DNA from: Chitinophagaceae bacterium
GTDB taxonomy: Bacteria > Bacteroidota > Bacteroidia > Chitinophagales > Chitinophagaceae
Reading direction: 5' to 3'
NCBI GenBank assembly: GCA_947372235.1
Contig: CANBSW010000001.1
Coordinates: forward strand, 3,078 to 67,077
DNA: 64,000 nt
Shown: one piece after another, positions 46,868 to 57,209 of the stretch
Layout of the letters: each line of letters starts with the position of its first letter
Numbering within the stretch: the stretch's first letter is position 1
Program-made: the position numbers and the translations under genes
The notes under the pieces: model-generated
The model's input: only the letters and a program-made list of their open reading frames with translations
The model's database searches: none
Told to the model about the DNA's origin: nothing

Positions 46868-48304
46868 ATGAATTCATTACTCATTGTTGCTATAGGAATT
46901 GTAAGTGTACTGGTTTGTATCATATTGTTACGGCTACATGTTGTGATATCCCTGCTTTTTGCGGCACTCATCACCGGCATTTTGTGCTCGCAATATCAGC
47001 TGCAACAATTTGCTTTACAAAGTGGCATGACGGAATTGAATGCCACTAATTTTTCACACCAAACAATCGGAGTAAGGTTATCAACTGCATTTGGAAATAC
47101 AGCTGCTAAAATAGGGTTAGTGGTAGTGTTGGCTTCTATTATTGGATCTGCATTGATCAAAAGTGGCGCCGCAGAGCGCATCATTCGTGGGTTACTGAGA
47201 AGAGTGGGCGAAGAAAATGCTGCCATTGCTTTTATATCCGGCAGTTTCGCACTTGCCATTCCCATATTTATTGATATGGTTTACTTTTTAATGATTCCCT
47301 TGGTAAAATCTTTAGGTATTCATAATCCGAAAAAATTCAGTCTTTACCTGTGTTGTGGAGTAGGTGGCGGAGTAATGGCTCATGCAATGATTCCACCTAC
47401 ACCCGGACCGTCCTTTGTTGCAAATGAATTGAATGTGAATGTGGGGTTAATGATGGTTATGGGGCTGATCGTAGGCGTTTTCACCATTATTTGCGGATAC
47501 CTTTATGCCTTATGGGCCAATAAAAAATGGGATCTGCCTATGCGTGATACTGCAGATGTTTCAATTGAGGAACTAAAGCAAAAATCAGAATTAAAGAAAG
47601 AATCATTACCGGGATTAGGAATTTCTCTTCTGCCTGTAGTATTACCCATTGTTTTAATAGCAGGTAATACATTGCTAAACCTGTTCCTTAAACAGGGAGT
47701 GGCAGAATCGGGTTCCTTTCAAAGTATTTTACTCGCGGTTTTCAAAGTAGTGGGGGATAGTAATATTGCGTTGTTCATTTCTGCATTCTTTGCACTGATG
47801 TTGTTGTGGAGGCGATTAAATAATGCAAAAGCATTTCAGAAAATAATTTCCGATGCCATTATCAGTGCTGGTACAATCGTATTGATCATTTCTGCAGGAG
47901 GTACTTTTGGGCAGATGTTGCAACAATCAGGTATTGGCATTCAAATAGCAGCAATGGCTACAGGGTATAAAACCTTAATTTTACCACTGGCATTCCTGAT
48001 AACAGCGGTGGTAAGAACGGCACAAGGTTCAGCAACAGTGGCCATGGTAACCACGATTGGCGTAATGAAAGGGTTTAGTACTGCTGCCATATTGGGGTTC
48101 AATCCTGTTTACCTGGCATTGGTGATCGGCTGTGGTTCCAAAGTGTTTTCATGGATGAACGACAGCGCTTTCTGGATCATTACAGAGATGTCTGGTATGA
48201 AAGAAAAAGAAACCATACGCTTTTTCTCATTCATGCTCACGATCATGGGACTGGCGGGATTGGTGGCTGTAATTATTTTGTCGAAAATTTTTCCTTTAAT
48301 TTAA
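46868..48304 (+). CDS. GntP-family sugar-acid permease
   Basis: SGAAERI, H-x-x-x-PPTPGP, VRTAQGSATVA and WMNDSAFW motifs. Confidence 0.92.
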   Translation: MNSLLIVAIGIVSVLVCIILLRLHVVISLLFAALITGILCSQYQLQQFALQSGMTELNATNFSHQTIGVRLSTAFGNTAAKIGLVVVLASIIGSALIKSGAAERIIRGLLRRVGEENAAIAFISGSFALAIPIFIDMVYFLMIPLVKSLGIHNPKKFSLYLCCGVGGGVMAHAMIPPTPGPSFVANELNVNVGLMMVMGLIVGVFTIICGYLYALWANKKWDLPMRDTADVSIEELKQKSELKKESLPGLGISLLPVVLPIVLIAGNTLLNLFLKQGVAESGSFQSILLAVFKVVGDSNIALFISAFFALMLLWRRLNNAKAFQKIISDAIISAGTIVLIISAGGTFGQMLQQSGIGIQIAAMATGYKTLILPLAFLITAVVRTAQGSATVAMVTTIGVMKGFSTAAILGFNPVYLALVIGCGSKVFSWMNDSAFWIITEMSGMKEKETIRFFSFMLTIMGLAGLVAVIILSKIFPLI

Positions 48305-48312
48305 ATTGAACA

Positions 48313-49851
48313 ATGAGCAATCATTCAGCTATAGATTTTATCAAAACAAATATTGCAGATAATGTGGGGATTGTTTCTAATCCTTCCGGATTAGAAAAAG
48401 GTACCCATCTTTCTAATGGCATTGTTTTAACAGAAGATATTCCGATGGGGCATAAACTGGCATTGGAAGATCTGCAACAGGGTGATCGGGTGATCAGGTA
48501 CGGACAGATTATCGGATTTACCAAAACCACGATTACAAAAGGCAGTTGGCTGAATGAGCTAAATATTGAAATGCCACAGCCTCCGGAGCTGAAAGATATT
48601 ACTTACAAAAAATCAGAAACTATTTCACAACCTCCATTGGAGGGGTATACTTTTCAAGGATATAAAAATGCAGATGGTTCTGTGGGTACAAAAAATGTGC
48701 TGGCCATTACCGAGAGTGTACAATGTGTAGCCGGAATTGCCAACTATGTAACCCAAAAAATAAAAAAAGAATTATTGCCGCTTTATCCTAATGTAGATGA
48801 TGTGGTATCACTGGGGCATAGTTATGGCTGCGGTGTGGCTATAGATGTAGCTGCAGCATTGGTACCCATCAGAACCATTAAACACATAGCACAAAATCCA
48901 AATTTTGGAGATGAAACAATGATCATTGGATTAGGATGCGAAAAATTGAGACCGGAACGTTTATTGAGAGATGGAGATAGAAATGTGAATGATACTATTC
49001 TCTATTTGCAGGATGAAGCTTTTTCAGGATTTGAAGAGATCATTGATGGCATCATGAAAATGGCAGAAGATCATTTGAAAAGATTGAATCAAAAACGCCG
49101 TGTAACCTGCCCTGCTTCAGATTTAGTGGTAGGAATGCAATGCGGTGGAAGTGATGCATTCTCCGGTCTTACAGCCAATCCTGCAGCAGGGTTTGCTTCA
49201 GATCTAATTGTAAGGGCAGGAGGAACCGTTATGTTCTCTGAAGTAACAGAAGTAAGAGATGCGATTCATTTATTGGTACCCCGAGCTGAAAATGAACAGG
49301 TTGCCGAGGCATTAAAAAATGAAATGGCCTGGTACGATGATTATTTATTTAAAGGGCTTGCAGATAGGAGTGCCAACACAACACCGGGCAATAAGAAAGG
49401 CGGATTGAGTAACATCGTAGAAAAAGCATTGGGATCGGTAGCTAAATCTGGAACCAGTACCATCGTTGATGTTGTTTCACCGGGAGAAAAAATAAAAAAG
49501 AAAGGTTTGAATTTTGTTGCCACACCATCAAGTGATTTTGTATGTGGCACATTACAACTGGCAGCCGGAATGAATGTTCATGTTTTTATGACGGGAAGAG
49601 GAACTCCTTATGGATTACCGATGGTTCCTGTGATCAAAGTAAGTTCCAATTCAAAACTGAGCAATCGTTGGTTTGATCTTATCGATTTTGATGCCGGCCC
49701 AATTGCATTTGGCACAAAAACCATTGAAGAAATGGGATGGGCACTTTTTCATTTGATCCTCGATGTGGCAAGCGGAACTAAAAAAATAGCAACCGATAAA
49801 ATTGGCTTGTATAATGATCTGGTATTATTTAATCCCGGCCCATTAACCTAA
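48313..49851 (+). CDS. garD: Galactarate dehydratase (UxaA/GarD family, N-terminal SAF domain)
   Basis: [37 protein letters not shown] and [12 protein letters not shown] motifs. Confidence 0.9.
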   Translation: MSNHSAIDFIKTNIADNVGIVSNPSGLEKGTHLSNGIVLTEDIPMGHKLALEDLQQGDRVIRYGQIIGFTKTTITKGSWLNELNIEMPQPPELKDITYKKSETISQPPLEGYTFQGYKNADGSVGTKNVLAITESVQCVAGIANYVTQKIKKELLPLYPNVDDVVSLGHSYGCGVAIDVAAALVPIRTIKHIAQNPNFGDETMIIGLGCEKLRPERLLRDGDRNVNDTILYLQDEAFSGFEEIIDGIMKMAEDHLKRLNQKRRVTCPASDLVVGMQCGGSDAFSGLTANPAAGFASDLIVRAGGTVMFSEVTEVRDAIHLLVPRAENEQVAEALKNEMAWYDDYLFKGLADRSANTTPGNKKGGLSNIVEKALGSVAKSGTSTIVDVVSPGEKIKKKGLNFVATPSSDFVCGTLQLAAGMNVHVFMTGRGTPYGLPMVPVIKVSSNSKLSNRWFDLIDFDAGPIAFGTKTIEEMGWALFHLILDVASGTKKIATDKIGLYNDLVLFNPGPLT

Positions 49852-49892
49852 GAATATAAAGCAATCAAATAAGTAATAAAACCCATTATCAA

Positions 49893-50816
49893 ATGTCATT
49901 ACCACTATCAAAAATCAGGGCTTCCTTAGAAGACGGCTTATTGTCTTTTCCAATAACAGATCTGAATAAAGAAGGAAATTTTAATCCAGACAGTTATGCA
50001 ACCCGTCTTGACTGGTTTGTTACTCACAATGTTTCCTCCGTATTTGTAGCAGGAGGAACCGGTGAGTTTTTCTCACTGTCAGAATCAGAATACAGTAAAA
50101 TTGTTGCGGTTACAGCAGAAACGGTACAGGAAAAAATACCCATGATCTCCAGTATCGGCAGAAGTATTCCGGATGCAATTGCGTATGCAAAAATAGCTGA
50201 GAAAGCCGGCATGAATGCCTTATTGCTGATGCCTCCATACCTTACCGAATGCCCCGAAGATGGTACCTATGAGTATGCCAAAACGATCATGAACAACACC
50301 AGCCTTCCGGTTATTTATTACAACCGTGCCAATGGTGTTTTATCAAGTAAGTATATTCAAAAACTGGCCGATAACTGCAATAATTTTATTGCATTAAAAG
50401 ATGGTACCGGAAATATCCAGGAACTCAATGATACCATCAAATCGGTAGGAGATCGTCTTTCCTATATTGGTGGGGTTCCTACGGCAGAAATTATTGCAGA
50501 AGCCTATTTATCAATTGGAGTGAATACCTATTCTTCAGCGGTATTCAACTTTGTTCCTGATTTAGCAAACCTGTTTTACAAAAGTTTGCGTGCCGGTAAC
50601 AAAGAGATCGTTGCCAGAATTATAAAAGAATTTTTTGTCCCATTTGTAAGATTGCGCAGCAAGAAGAATGGGTATGCTGTAAGTTTGATAAAAGCCGGTG
50701 CAACTATTATCGGTAGAACTGCGGGTGATGTAAGGGCGCCATTAACAATGCCTACAGCTGAAGAAGTTGCTATACTTGAACAACTGATCCAACGTTCGGA
50801 ATCTTTATTGGGGTAA
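49893..50816 (+). CDS. kdgD: 5-dehydro-4-deoxyglucarate dehydratase (DapA family)
   Basis: GLLSFPIT, FVAGGTGEFFSL, LLMPPYL, KDG-x-G, YSSAVFNFVP, GYAVSLIKAG and VRAPL motifs. Confidence 0.9.
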   Translation: MSLPLSKIRASLEDGLLSFPITDLNKEGNFNPDSYATRLDWFVTHNVSSVFVAGGTGEFFSLSESEYSKIVAVTAETVQEKIPMISSIGRSIPDAIAYAKIAEKAGMNALLLMPPYLTECPEDGTYEYAKTIMNNTSLPVIYYNRANGVLSSKYIQKLADNCNNFIALKDGTGNIQELNDTIKSVGDRLSYIGGVPTAEIIAEAYLSIGVNTYSSAVFNFVPDLANLFYKSLRAGNKEIVARIIKEFFVPFVRLRSKKNGYAVSLIKAGATIIGRTAGDVRAPLTMPTAEEVAILEQLIQRSESLLG

Positions 50817-50840
50817 GATAAATTCAAAAGACTTCAAGAC

Positions 50841-50944
50841 TTTTTTTGAAACACATAGGGACCTAGGTTAGGAAATAGTTCACACAGCATGTCATTTCTA
50901 TGTTCCCTTTGTTTTAACCTATGTTACTATGTGTTTCAAAAAAA
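50841..50944. mobile_element. 104-bp MITE-like element, copy 2
   Basis: Same TIRs and span as 22707-22810, diverged in the core. Confidence 0.6.
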
Positions 50945-50945
50945 T

Positions 50946-50973
50946 AATCTGTGAAAATCTGTGAATCTGTGGC
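50946..50973. repeat. ATCTGTG family half-element abutting the MITE-like copy
   Basis: AATCTGTGAAAATCTGTGAATCTGTGGC. Confidence 0.7.
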
Positions 50974-50981
50974 GCAAAAAA

Positions 50982-52280
50982 TCAATGTGCAAAATCAATC
51001 TCATAATCCCCTTTGATCCTCTCCATCGACGGATTAAAATACCCGAATTTCAATTTAGGAAACTCTTCACCTATCAATTCCATCAATTGCTTAACACCCA
51101 GCATTTCGCCGGTTTCATGAACGCCAATTTTGCCCATGTACCAATCCGGATCAATATTAAAATTGCGCCATTGTATCATGTTGAGATCTGTATCAATGAT
51201 CAGTTTGCGTAATGCTTCATATTCTTCCACACTATCCGTCATACCGGGGAAAACAAAATAGTTAATGCTTGTCCATCCTCCAAAACTGCGAACTACTTTC
51301 AGGCTTTCAATAATATCTTCAAACGCATAATTGTTTGGACGATAATACGGTTCATAAATATGTTTTCTTGCAGAATTGGTACTAACACGAATACTGTTCA
51401 AACCTGCTTCACACAAGGCTTTTACGGCATCAGGTTTGGAACCGTTGGTATTGATATTGATACTTCCTTTATCGGTATGTTTTCTGATCTCAATGATAGA
51501 GTCACGGATGGTTTCCCACATCAGTAAAGGCTCTCCTTCGCATCCCTGTCCAAAACTGATGATCGGGAATGGTGCATTCATCAAATGTGGAACCGTAAAC
51601 TCAACAATCTCTTCTGCCGATGGTTTGAAAGTAAGACGATCCTGAGTTGATACGATTGTTTCTTCTTCAGGCTGAAATGAAATACATCCCACACAATTGG
51701 CATTACAGGCAGGAGAAGTTGGCACCGGACATTCCCATCTTCCCAAAGAAAAATTTCTTGCTGCAGGACAATTATACGTCATGCAACAGTTCTCCATCAA
51801 ATGCTTAACCAATCTGTTTTCTGAATAGGCTTTTAACAGATGTTCTGCACCGGATTCTATTTTATTATCATCATACCCGGCACATTCCTGGCGAATATCT
51901 TTTTCGATACGAACAGCAGGCACATAATTTTTATTATTCAACCAACCCACCGCAGTGTAACAGAACAATGGAAGGGTAGGAGCATCAGGTAATGTTTCGA
52001 AAGCAGCAATGTACAAACCGGTATGTGCAGGAGGAATAAATGCTGCAACAGCCCAACCTTTCTCGCACAAACGCATTTCTCCTGTTGTAACGTCGATGCC
52101 AATTCCTCTGCGGCCTGGTAATTCGTATAAATTACCGCCATCCGGCAGTTCTATCCATTCGTCTGCAGGAATGGGAAATGCATCCCAGCCTGCACGGCCA
52201 GTAGCATAAAGACTTTCATCTTCAAAAATATTTCCGTTACCATCGGAGTATAATAAGAATGGAGATTGTATTATGGGCAT
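50982..52280 (-). CDS. Radical SAM protein of unknown function with an N-terminal accessory region
   Basis: PTSPACNANCVGC (CxxxCxxC), SFGQGCEGEPL, NTNGS and SINYFVFPG motifs. Confidence 0.9.
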   Translation of the reverse strand: MPIIQSPFLLYSDGNGNIFEDESLYATGRAGWDAFPIPADEWIELPDGGNLYELPGRRGIGIDVTTGEMRLCEKGWAVAAFIPPAHTGLYIAAFETLPDAPTLPLFCYTAVGWLNNKNYVPAVRIEKDIRQECAGYDDNKIESGAEHLLKAYSENRLVKHLMENCCMTYNCPAARNFSLGRWECPVPTSPACNANCVGCISFQPEEETIVSTQDRLTFKPSAEEIVEFTVPHLMNAPFPIISFGQGCEGEPLLMWETIRDSIIEIRKHTDKGSININTNGSKPDAVKALCEAGLNSIRVSTNSARKHIYEPYYRPNNYAFEDIIESLKVVRSFGGWTSINYFVFPGMTDSVEEYEALRKLIIDTDLNMIQWRNFNIDPDWYMGKIGVHETGEMLGVKQLMELIGEEFPKLKFGYFNPSMERIKGDYEIDFAH

Positions 52281-52285
52281 GATGG

Positions 52286-52313
52286 AAAATTCAAAAGTAA
52301 AAATTCAAAAGTA
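52286..52313. repeat. Perfect 2x14-bp tandem repeat (heptamer-based)
   Basis: AAAATTCAAAAGTA twice, between two co-directional genes. Confidence 0.7.
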
Positions 52314-52322
52314 AAAAAGCAT

Positions 52323-52880
52323 TCAGCTTTGAGCCTTCAGCATTGAAATGCAAAATTCGTTAAATTCCTGTTCTTCCAAAGCAGAAGTTTGCGATTCGAT
52401 TTCTTTCTGGATGAGTTTATTGTTGCGGAAATCGATCGTGATCATTCCATCCTTCAATACCACATTGGTAATATCAGACCATGCATAGATTTTTTTTGGG
52501 AAGGTATTGAATACAATTTCCACTTCATCAAAAGCTACTTCCTGTGGAAACTTAACCTGTTTTTCTAAAATGGCGGCCAATAAATAAACAAGTGCGATCC
52601 ATTTGCCTCCGGGCTGATAATACCAGCCGATAGCTGCGGTAAAAATTGCCAGCCTGTAAAAAGGGGCGATCCCTTTTTTTTGTTTTTTGCTAATAAAGAA
52701 AACCTGTCCGATTATAGCAATAATCAGAAAAACAAAAAAAACAGACATGGCATTAAATACTGCCATCGATAATGAAAATATAAAAACAGCGATCGCTAAA
52801 ATGATCATCAACTGACTAACCCTGTCTACCCAACGATAATCGGGTCTTTTGAAAACTATAATAAAATCGTAAACTTTCAT
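52323..52880 (-). CDS. Hypothetical membrane protein with a C-terminal soluble domain (DUF5673/PH-like)
   Basis: About four TM helices, then W-x-D-I-x-NVVLKDG-x-x-TIDF-x-NNKLIQ. Confidence 0.78.
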   Translation of the reverse strand: MKVYDFIIVFKRPDYRWVDRVSQLMIILAIAVFIFSLSMAVFNAMSVFFVFLIIAIIGQVFFISKKQKKGIAPFYRLAIFTAAIGWYYQPGGKWIALVYLLAAILEKQVKFPQEVAFDEVEIVFNTFPKKIYAWSDITNVVLKDGMITIDFRNNKLIQKEIESQTSALEEQEFNEFCISMLKAQS

Positions 52881-52884
52881 GTAT

Positions 52885-53934
52885 TTAGGATGGTTTATTG
52901 TTATTCACCATCAGGTTACATAAACGCCATAAAATTCGGGCACCCACGTTACTGTCCCAATCGGTTTGTCCAACACCTATTTCAACCAGATCAAACCCGA
53001 TCAATGTACGCCCGCTTTTGGCAATTGTTTTGAGGAGATAAAAGATTTCTTCCATATCAAACCCGCCGGCAACAGGGGTTCCGGTATTGGGACAAAGTTT
53101 TCTGTCGAGCCCGTCAATATCGAAACTGATGTAAACCTTATCAGGAAACTTGCTTACAATTTCATCAGCGATCTGTTTCCAGGTTTCGCCTTCAAACTGA
53201 CGTTCTTTGATTTCTTTATCGCGGTATGCAATTACTCTATAATCACTGTTACAGATATAATCCCACTCTTCCTCACAATAATCCCTAACACCCACCTGAA
53301 CCAATTTTTTCAGGGAAGGAATTTCATTAAGTGCATTATACATTACTGAAGCATGCGAATAGGTGAAAAGCTCGTAAGATTTTCTTAGGTCACAATGTGC
53401 ATCAATTTGCAGAACGCCAAATTCTCCGTGTTTTTCTGCCAATGCTTTCATAAAACCAAGCGGGGTGCTGTGGTCTCCACCCAATAATCCAACCAGTTTG
53501 CCTTTTTCAAGGAGGATAGAACTTTGTTCATACACCCACTGGTTCATCAGTTTACTGCCTTCATTGATCTCTTTCAGGCTTTTGCACATGAATTTGTTCT
53601 TCTCAACTGATTCGCCTTTGGAGATATAATCAATATACAATTCAGCTTCTTTGCGGAGATAATCGCTTTTCATCAGCACTTTTCTGTCTACTTCACGCAT
53701 ATAAAATCCCTGCTTCCAGCCAAAATCGCCATCACCGTCAAAAATATCCACCTGTTTACTGGATTTGTACACATGATCCGCTGCGCGGGAGGTACCCGCC
53801 CCATAACTTACGGTCACTTCCCAGGGTACGGGAAGAATAACAAGCTTTGCATCTTCTTCTGTAAAAGGCAGACCAAAAATATTATTGTTGGGGTTGCCTA
53901 CTGAATTCGGGTCAAACTGTGATAGATCTGCCAT
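52885..53934 (-). CDS. Agmatinase/ureohydrolase family protein
   Basis: GGDHS, DAHCD, SFDIDGLD, TGTPVAGG and FDLVE metal-ligand motifs. Start ATG 53934. Confidence 0.9.
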   Translation of the reverse strand: MADLSQFDPNSVGNPNNNIFGLPFTEEDAKLVILPVPWEVTVSYGAGTSRAADHVYKSSKQVDIFDGDGDFGWKQGFYMREVDRKVLMKSDYLRKEAELYIDYISKGESVEKNKFMCKSLKEINEGSKLMNQWVYEQSSILLEKGKLVGLLGGDHSTPLGFMKALAEKHGEFGVLQIDAHCDLRKSYELFTYSHASVMYNALNEIPSLKKLVQVGVRDYCEEEWDYICNSDYRVIAYRDKEIKERQFEGETWKQIADEIVSKFPDKVYISFDIDGLDRKLCPNTGTPVAGGFDMEEIFYLLKTIAKSGRTLIGFDLVEIGVGQTDWDSNVGARILWRLCNLMVNNNKPS

Positions 53935-54186
53935 GGTAATTTGCTTGAAATGCAAACAGGGCGCAAATTTAGGAGCAATTTTCTGAATTTTATAAAGATT
54001 GTACAGGATGGTTTTATAAAAGCCAAAGATTATTAATAATGGCAGTACCTATGACCAGGATCAGTCAAAAAAATTACCTAAGCAGTTAATTTCTTATCTC
54101 CCCTTTTAGTAGGTTGTAAGGTGAATGATAAACATCAGTACTTCACAAGCCATTTTGGGCTACTTTTGCAGTGTAAAAACAAACCC

Positions 54187-54588
54187 ATGAAGAAAACGCA
54201 TATAATTATTTTGGTGTGTATTGCAGCAGCCATCGTTGTATTGATAAGTTATACAGGGGATCTTACCACCTATGAAACCATTGCATCCGCCAAACAAAAA
54301 GAAGGAAAGTTTGTGAACCTGATCGTAAAAATGGATAAACAAAAGCCTCTTGAATACGATGCAGTTAAAAATCCGAATTATTTAACATTTACGGCGGTAG
54401 ATACGCTGGGTAATAATATTAAGGTGGTTTATCACAACAATAAACCTACCGATATGGAAAAAAGTGAAAGGATTGTTTTAAAAGGAAGGGTACAGGGAGA
54501 TCATTTTGAATGCAAGGATATCTTATTGAAATGCCCATCCAAATACAAAGACGAAATGAAGGCCGATAAAGCCGTTCAAAACTCTTAA
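54187..54588 (+). CDS. ccmE: Cytochrome c maturation heme chaperone CcmE (Cys type)
   Basis: N-terminal TM, V-x-L-x-G, C-terminal ILLKCPSKY. Confidence 0.88.
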   Translation: MKKTHIIILVCIAAAIVVLISYTGDLTTYETIASAKQKEGKFVNLIVKMDKQKPLEYDAVKNPNYLTFTAVDTLGNNIKVVYHNNKPTDMEKSERIVLKGRVQGDHFECKDILLKCPSKYKDEMKADKAVQNS

Positions 54589-54653
54589 GCCATTTTATTG
54601 TTGAATAAACAAAACAAAGTCCAGACGTATTTCTCTACCTGAACCACAGCTAC

Positions 54654-57140
54654 ATGAATTATACCGGAGAACATTTATTGCCAGGCCAGATTGGGCATTT
54701 TTTTGCTTTACTTTCCTTAATTACATCATTGGTTGCAACCATTGCTTATGCATGGGCTTTTCGATTAGCTCCCGGCCCCGAAAAGCAAAGCTGGCAAAAA
54801 ATGGCCAGGGTAGCTTTTTTATTGGAGACCATAAGTGTCTTGTTTTTGTTTGCCACTCTTTATTATATCATTTCAAATCATTTGTTTGAATATAAATATG
54901 CGTTCACCCATAGTGATAAGGGCCTGCAGATGCAATACCTGCTTGCCTGTTTCTGGGAGGGACTGGAAGGCAGTGTGATGTTATGGGCTTTTTGGCATTG
55001 CGTATTGGGATGGATACTTATCTGGCGCTCCAAAACATGGGAGCCCGGTGTGATGATGGTGATCAGCTTTGCTCAGTTTTGCCTGGCTACTATGGTTGCC
55101 GGGGTATATGTGTTTGGCGTTAAGATTGGCAACAGCCCGTTTATATTACTGCGGGATGATGGTTTTTTTGATGGTGCACCCATTTTTAAAGACATTACTA
55201 CCGGCGCTCTTCGTGCAGATTATCTGACACTCTTAAAAGACGGAACCGGATTAAATACTTTATTACAGAATTACTGGATGGTAATACATCCGCCTGTTTT
55301 GTTTTTGGGATTTGCAACCACTATTGTTCCTTTTGCTTATGCAATGGCCGGCTTATTAAAGAAAGACCATACCTGGATAAAACCTGCGATACCCTGGGCT
55401 TCTTTTTCAGCAGCTGTGTTGGGATTGGGTGTGATGATGGGTGCCGCCTGGGCGTATGAAAGTTTATCTTTTGGAGGTTATTGGGCATGGGATCCTGTTG
55501 AAAATGCATCTCTGGTTCCCTGGTTAACACTGGTTGCGGGTTTACACACAAACCTGATCTATCGAAATGCAGGTTATTCACTCCGGCCAACTTACTTTTT
55601 TTATATCATCAGTTTTTGTTTGGTATTGTATTCCAGCTTTTTAACCAAAAGCGGTGTTTTAGGTGATACCTCTGTACATGCTTTTACTGATAGTGGATTG
55701 AATGTGCAGTTATTGCTGAATGTATTGGTGTTTTTTATACCGGCACTCTTAATCTATTTCAGAAACTATAAGTCAATTCCAACAATTGCAAAAGAGGAGA
55801 ATACTTATAGCCGTGAATTCTGGATGTTTATCGGATCATTGGTTTTGTTTTTGGCAGGTATTGTGATCATTTCTAAAACATCGGTTCCTGTTTTCAACAA
55901 AGTATTCGGTACCAATATCGCGCCTCCGGAAGATGCTGAGTTTGCGTATAACCAGATTCAGGTTTTTGTGGCAGTGGTGATCGGATTATTAACTGCCGTC
56001 AGCCAGTATTTTAAATACAAAGACACACCGAAGGAATTCTTTGGGAAGAAAATATTGATCCCAACATTGATTGCAGTAGTGATCAGTTTATCCATCAGTT
56101 TCTTTGGTCATATCAGTTACGATAAAAAAGGACCGGGCTTTTTATTCGCAATCCACCTGGCCATTTTTGCGGCCGTTTATTCGGTTGTAGCCAATGCGGC
56201 ATATATCTGGCAGGGATTGAATGGAAAGATTAAAGCGGCAGGTGCTTCTGTGGCTCATGTAGGCTTTGGGTTGGTATTGGTAGGCATTCTGATCTCATCC
56301 AGTAAAAAAACAGTATTAAGCTGGAATACTACCGGCATCTCACCTTTACGTGCTGAACCAAACGCAAAGAACAATGCAGCAGGAGATCCGGCAGAGAATA
56401 TTACATTGTTTAAAGGAGTTTCTACTGATATGGGTAAATATATGGTAACCTATGCTCAGGATACCATCAACCCTGAAGACAGGAAACGATATTTTGAGAT
56501 CGCATTTAAAGCCAAATCCGGGGGAGAAGAATTCAAGCTTTATCCTGATGTGATCAAACAAAACAAAGGCATGGAGGGTTTCTCAGCCAATCCCGCTGCC
56601 AAACATTATTGGTATAAGGACATTTTTGTTTATATCACTTCTTTCCAGGAAAACAACCGTACAGATACCACCACATTTAGAAACCGCGAGGCAAAAGTTG
56701 GGGATACTTTGTTCTATGGAAATGGATTTATGGTATTGAATAAAGTACTGATCAATCCGGCAGAATTAAAGAATAAATACAGGGATGATGAAACTTCATT
56801 ATTTCTAGATATGACCGTTATTTCCAAAGATGGGCGCCGTTATTCCATTAAACCGGGTATTGCTTTAAAAGGGATGGATCAACTGAGGAATCTGCCGGAT
56901 ACTGTTCTTTCCCAAAGCCTGGTATTACAGTTTAATAAAGTGATCGATAAAGACAGCGGTAAGCTGGAAATTGGAGTTAAAGAAAGTTCTGCCATTACAG
57001 ATCTAATCACATTAAAAGTATACGAATTCCCGATGATTAATATTTTGTGGCTGGGGGTTGTGATCATGGTGATTGGATTTCTGATGTCGATCTATCAACG
57101 TTTAAAACTGGCAAACAGGGGCGGTTTACGGGTTTCTTAA
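54654..57140 (+). CDS. ccmF: Cytochrome c synthase CcmF/CcsA family
   Basis: FWEGLEGS, LLQNYWMVIHPP, FGGYWAWDPVENAS (WWD domain) and TKSG-x-L-x-x-x-SVHAF motifs. Confidence 0.9.
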   Translation: MNYTGEHLLPGQIGHFFALLSLITSLVATIAYAWAFRLAPGPEKQSWQKMARVAFLLETISVLFLFATLYYIISNHLFEYKYAFTHSDKGLQMQYLLACFWEGLEGSVMLWAFWHCVLGWILIWRSKTWEPGVMMVISFAQFCLATMVAGVYVFGVKIGNSPFILLRDDGFFDGAPIFKDITTGALRADYLTLLKDGTGLNTLLQNYWMVIHPPVLFLGFATTIVPFAYAMAGLLKKDHTWIKPAIPWASFSAAVLGLGVMMGAAWAYESLSFGGYWAWDPVENASLVPWLTLVAGLHTNLIYRNAGYSLRPTYFFYIISFCLVLYSSFLTKSGVLGDTSVHAFTDSGLNVQLLLNVLVFFIPALLIYFRNYKSIPTIAKEENTYSREFWMFIGSLVLFLAGIVIISKTSVPVFNKVFGTNIAPPEDAEFAYNQIQVFVAVVIGLLTAVSQYFKYKDTPKEFFGKKILIPTLIAVVISLSISFFGHISYDKKGPGFLFAIHLAIFAAVYSVVANAAYIWQGLNGKIKAAGASVAHVGFGLVLVGILISSSKKTVLSWNTTGISPLRAEPNAKNNAAGDPAENITLFKGVSTDMGKYMVTYAQDTINPEDRKRYFEIAFKAKSGGEEFKLYPDVIKQNKGMEGFSANPAAKHYWYKDIFVYITSFQENNRTDTTTFRNREAKVGDTLFYGNGFMVLNKVLINPAELKNKYRDDETSLFLDMTVISKDGRRYSIKPGIALKGMDQLRNLPDTVLSQSLVLQFNKVIDKDSGKLEIGVKESSAITDLITLKVYEFPMINILWLGVVIMVIGFLMSIYQRLKLANRGGLRVS

Positions 57141-57209
57141 CAATTTTGCAGGTTACTTTTTTATGAGAAACAGCATTATAGAGAAGATGAGTGTCTATTT
57201 TTAAGCATC

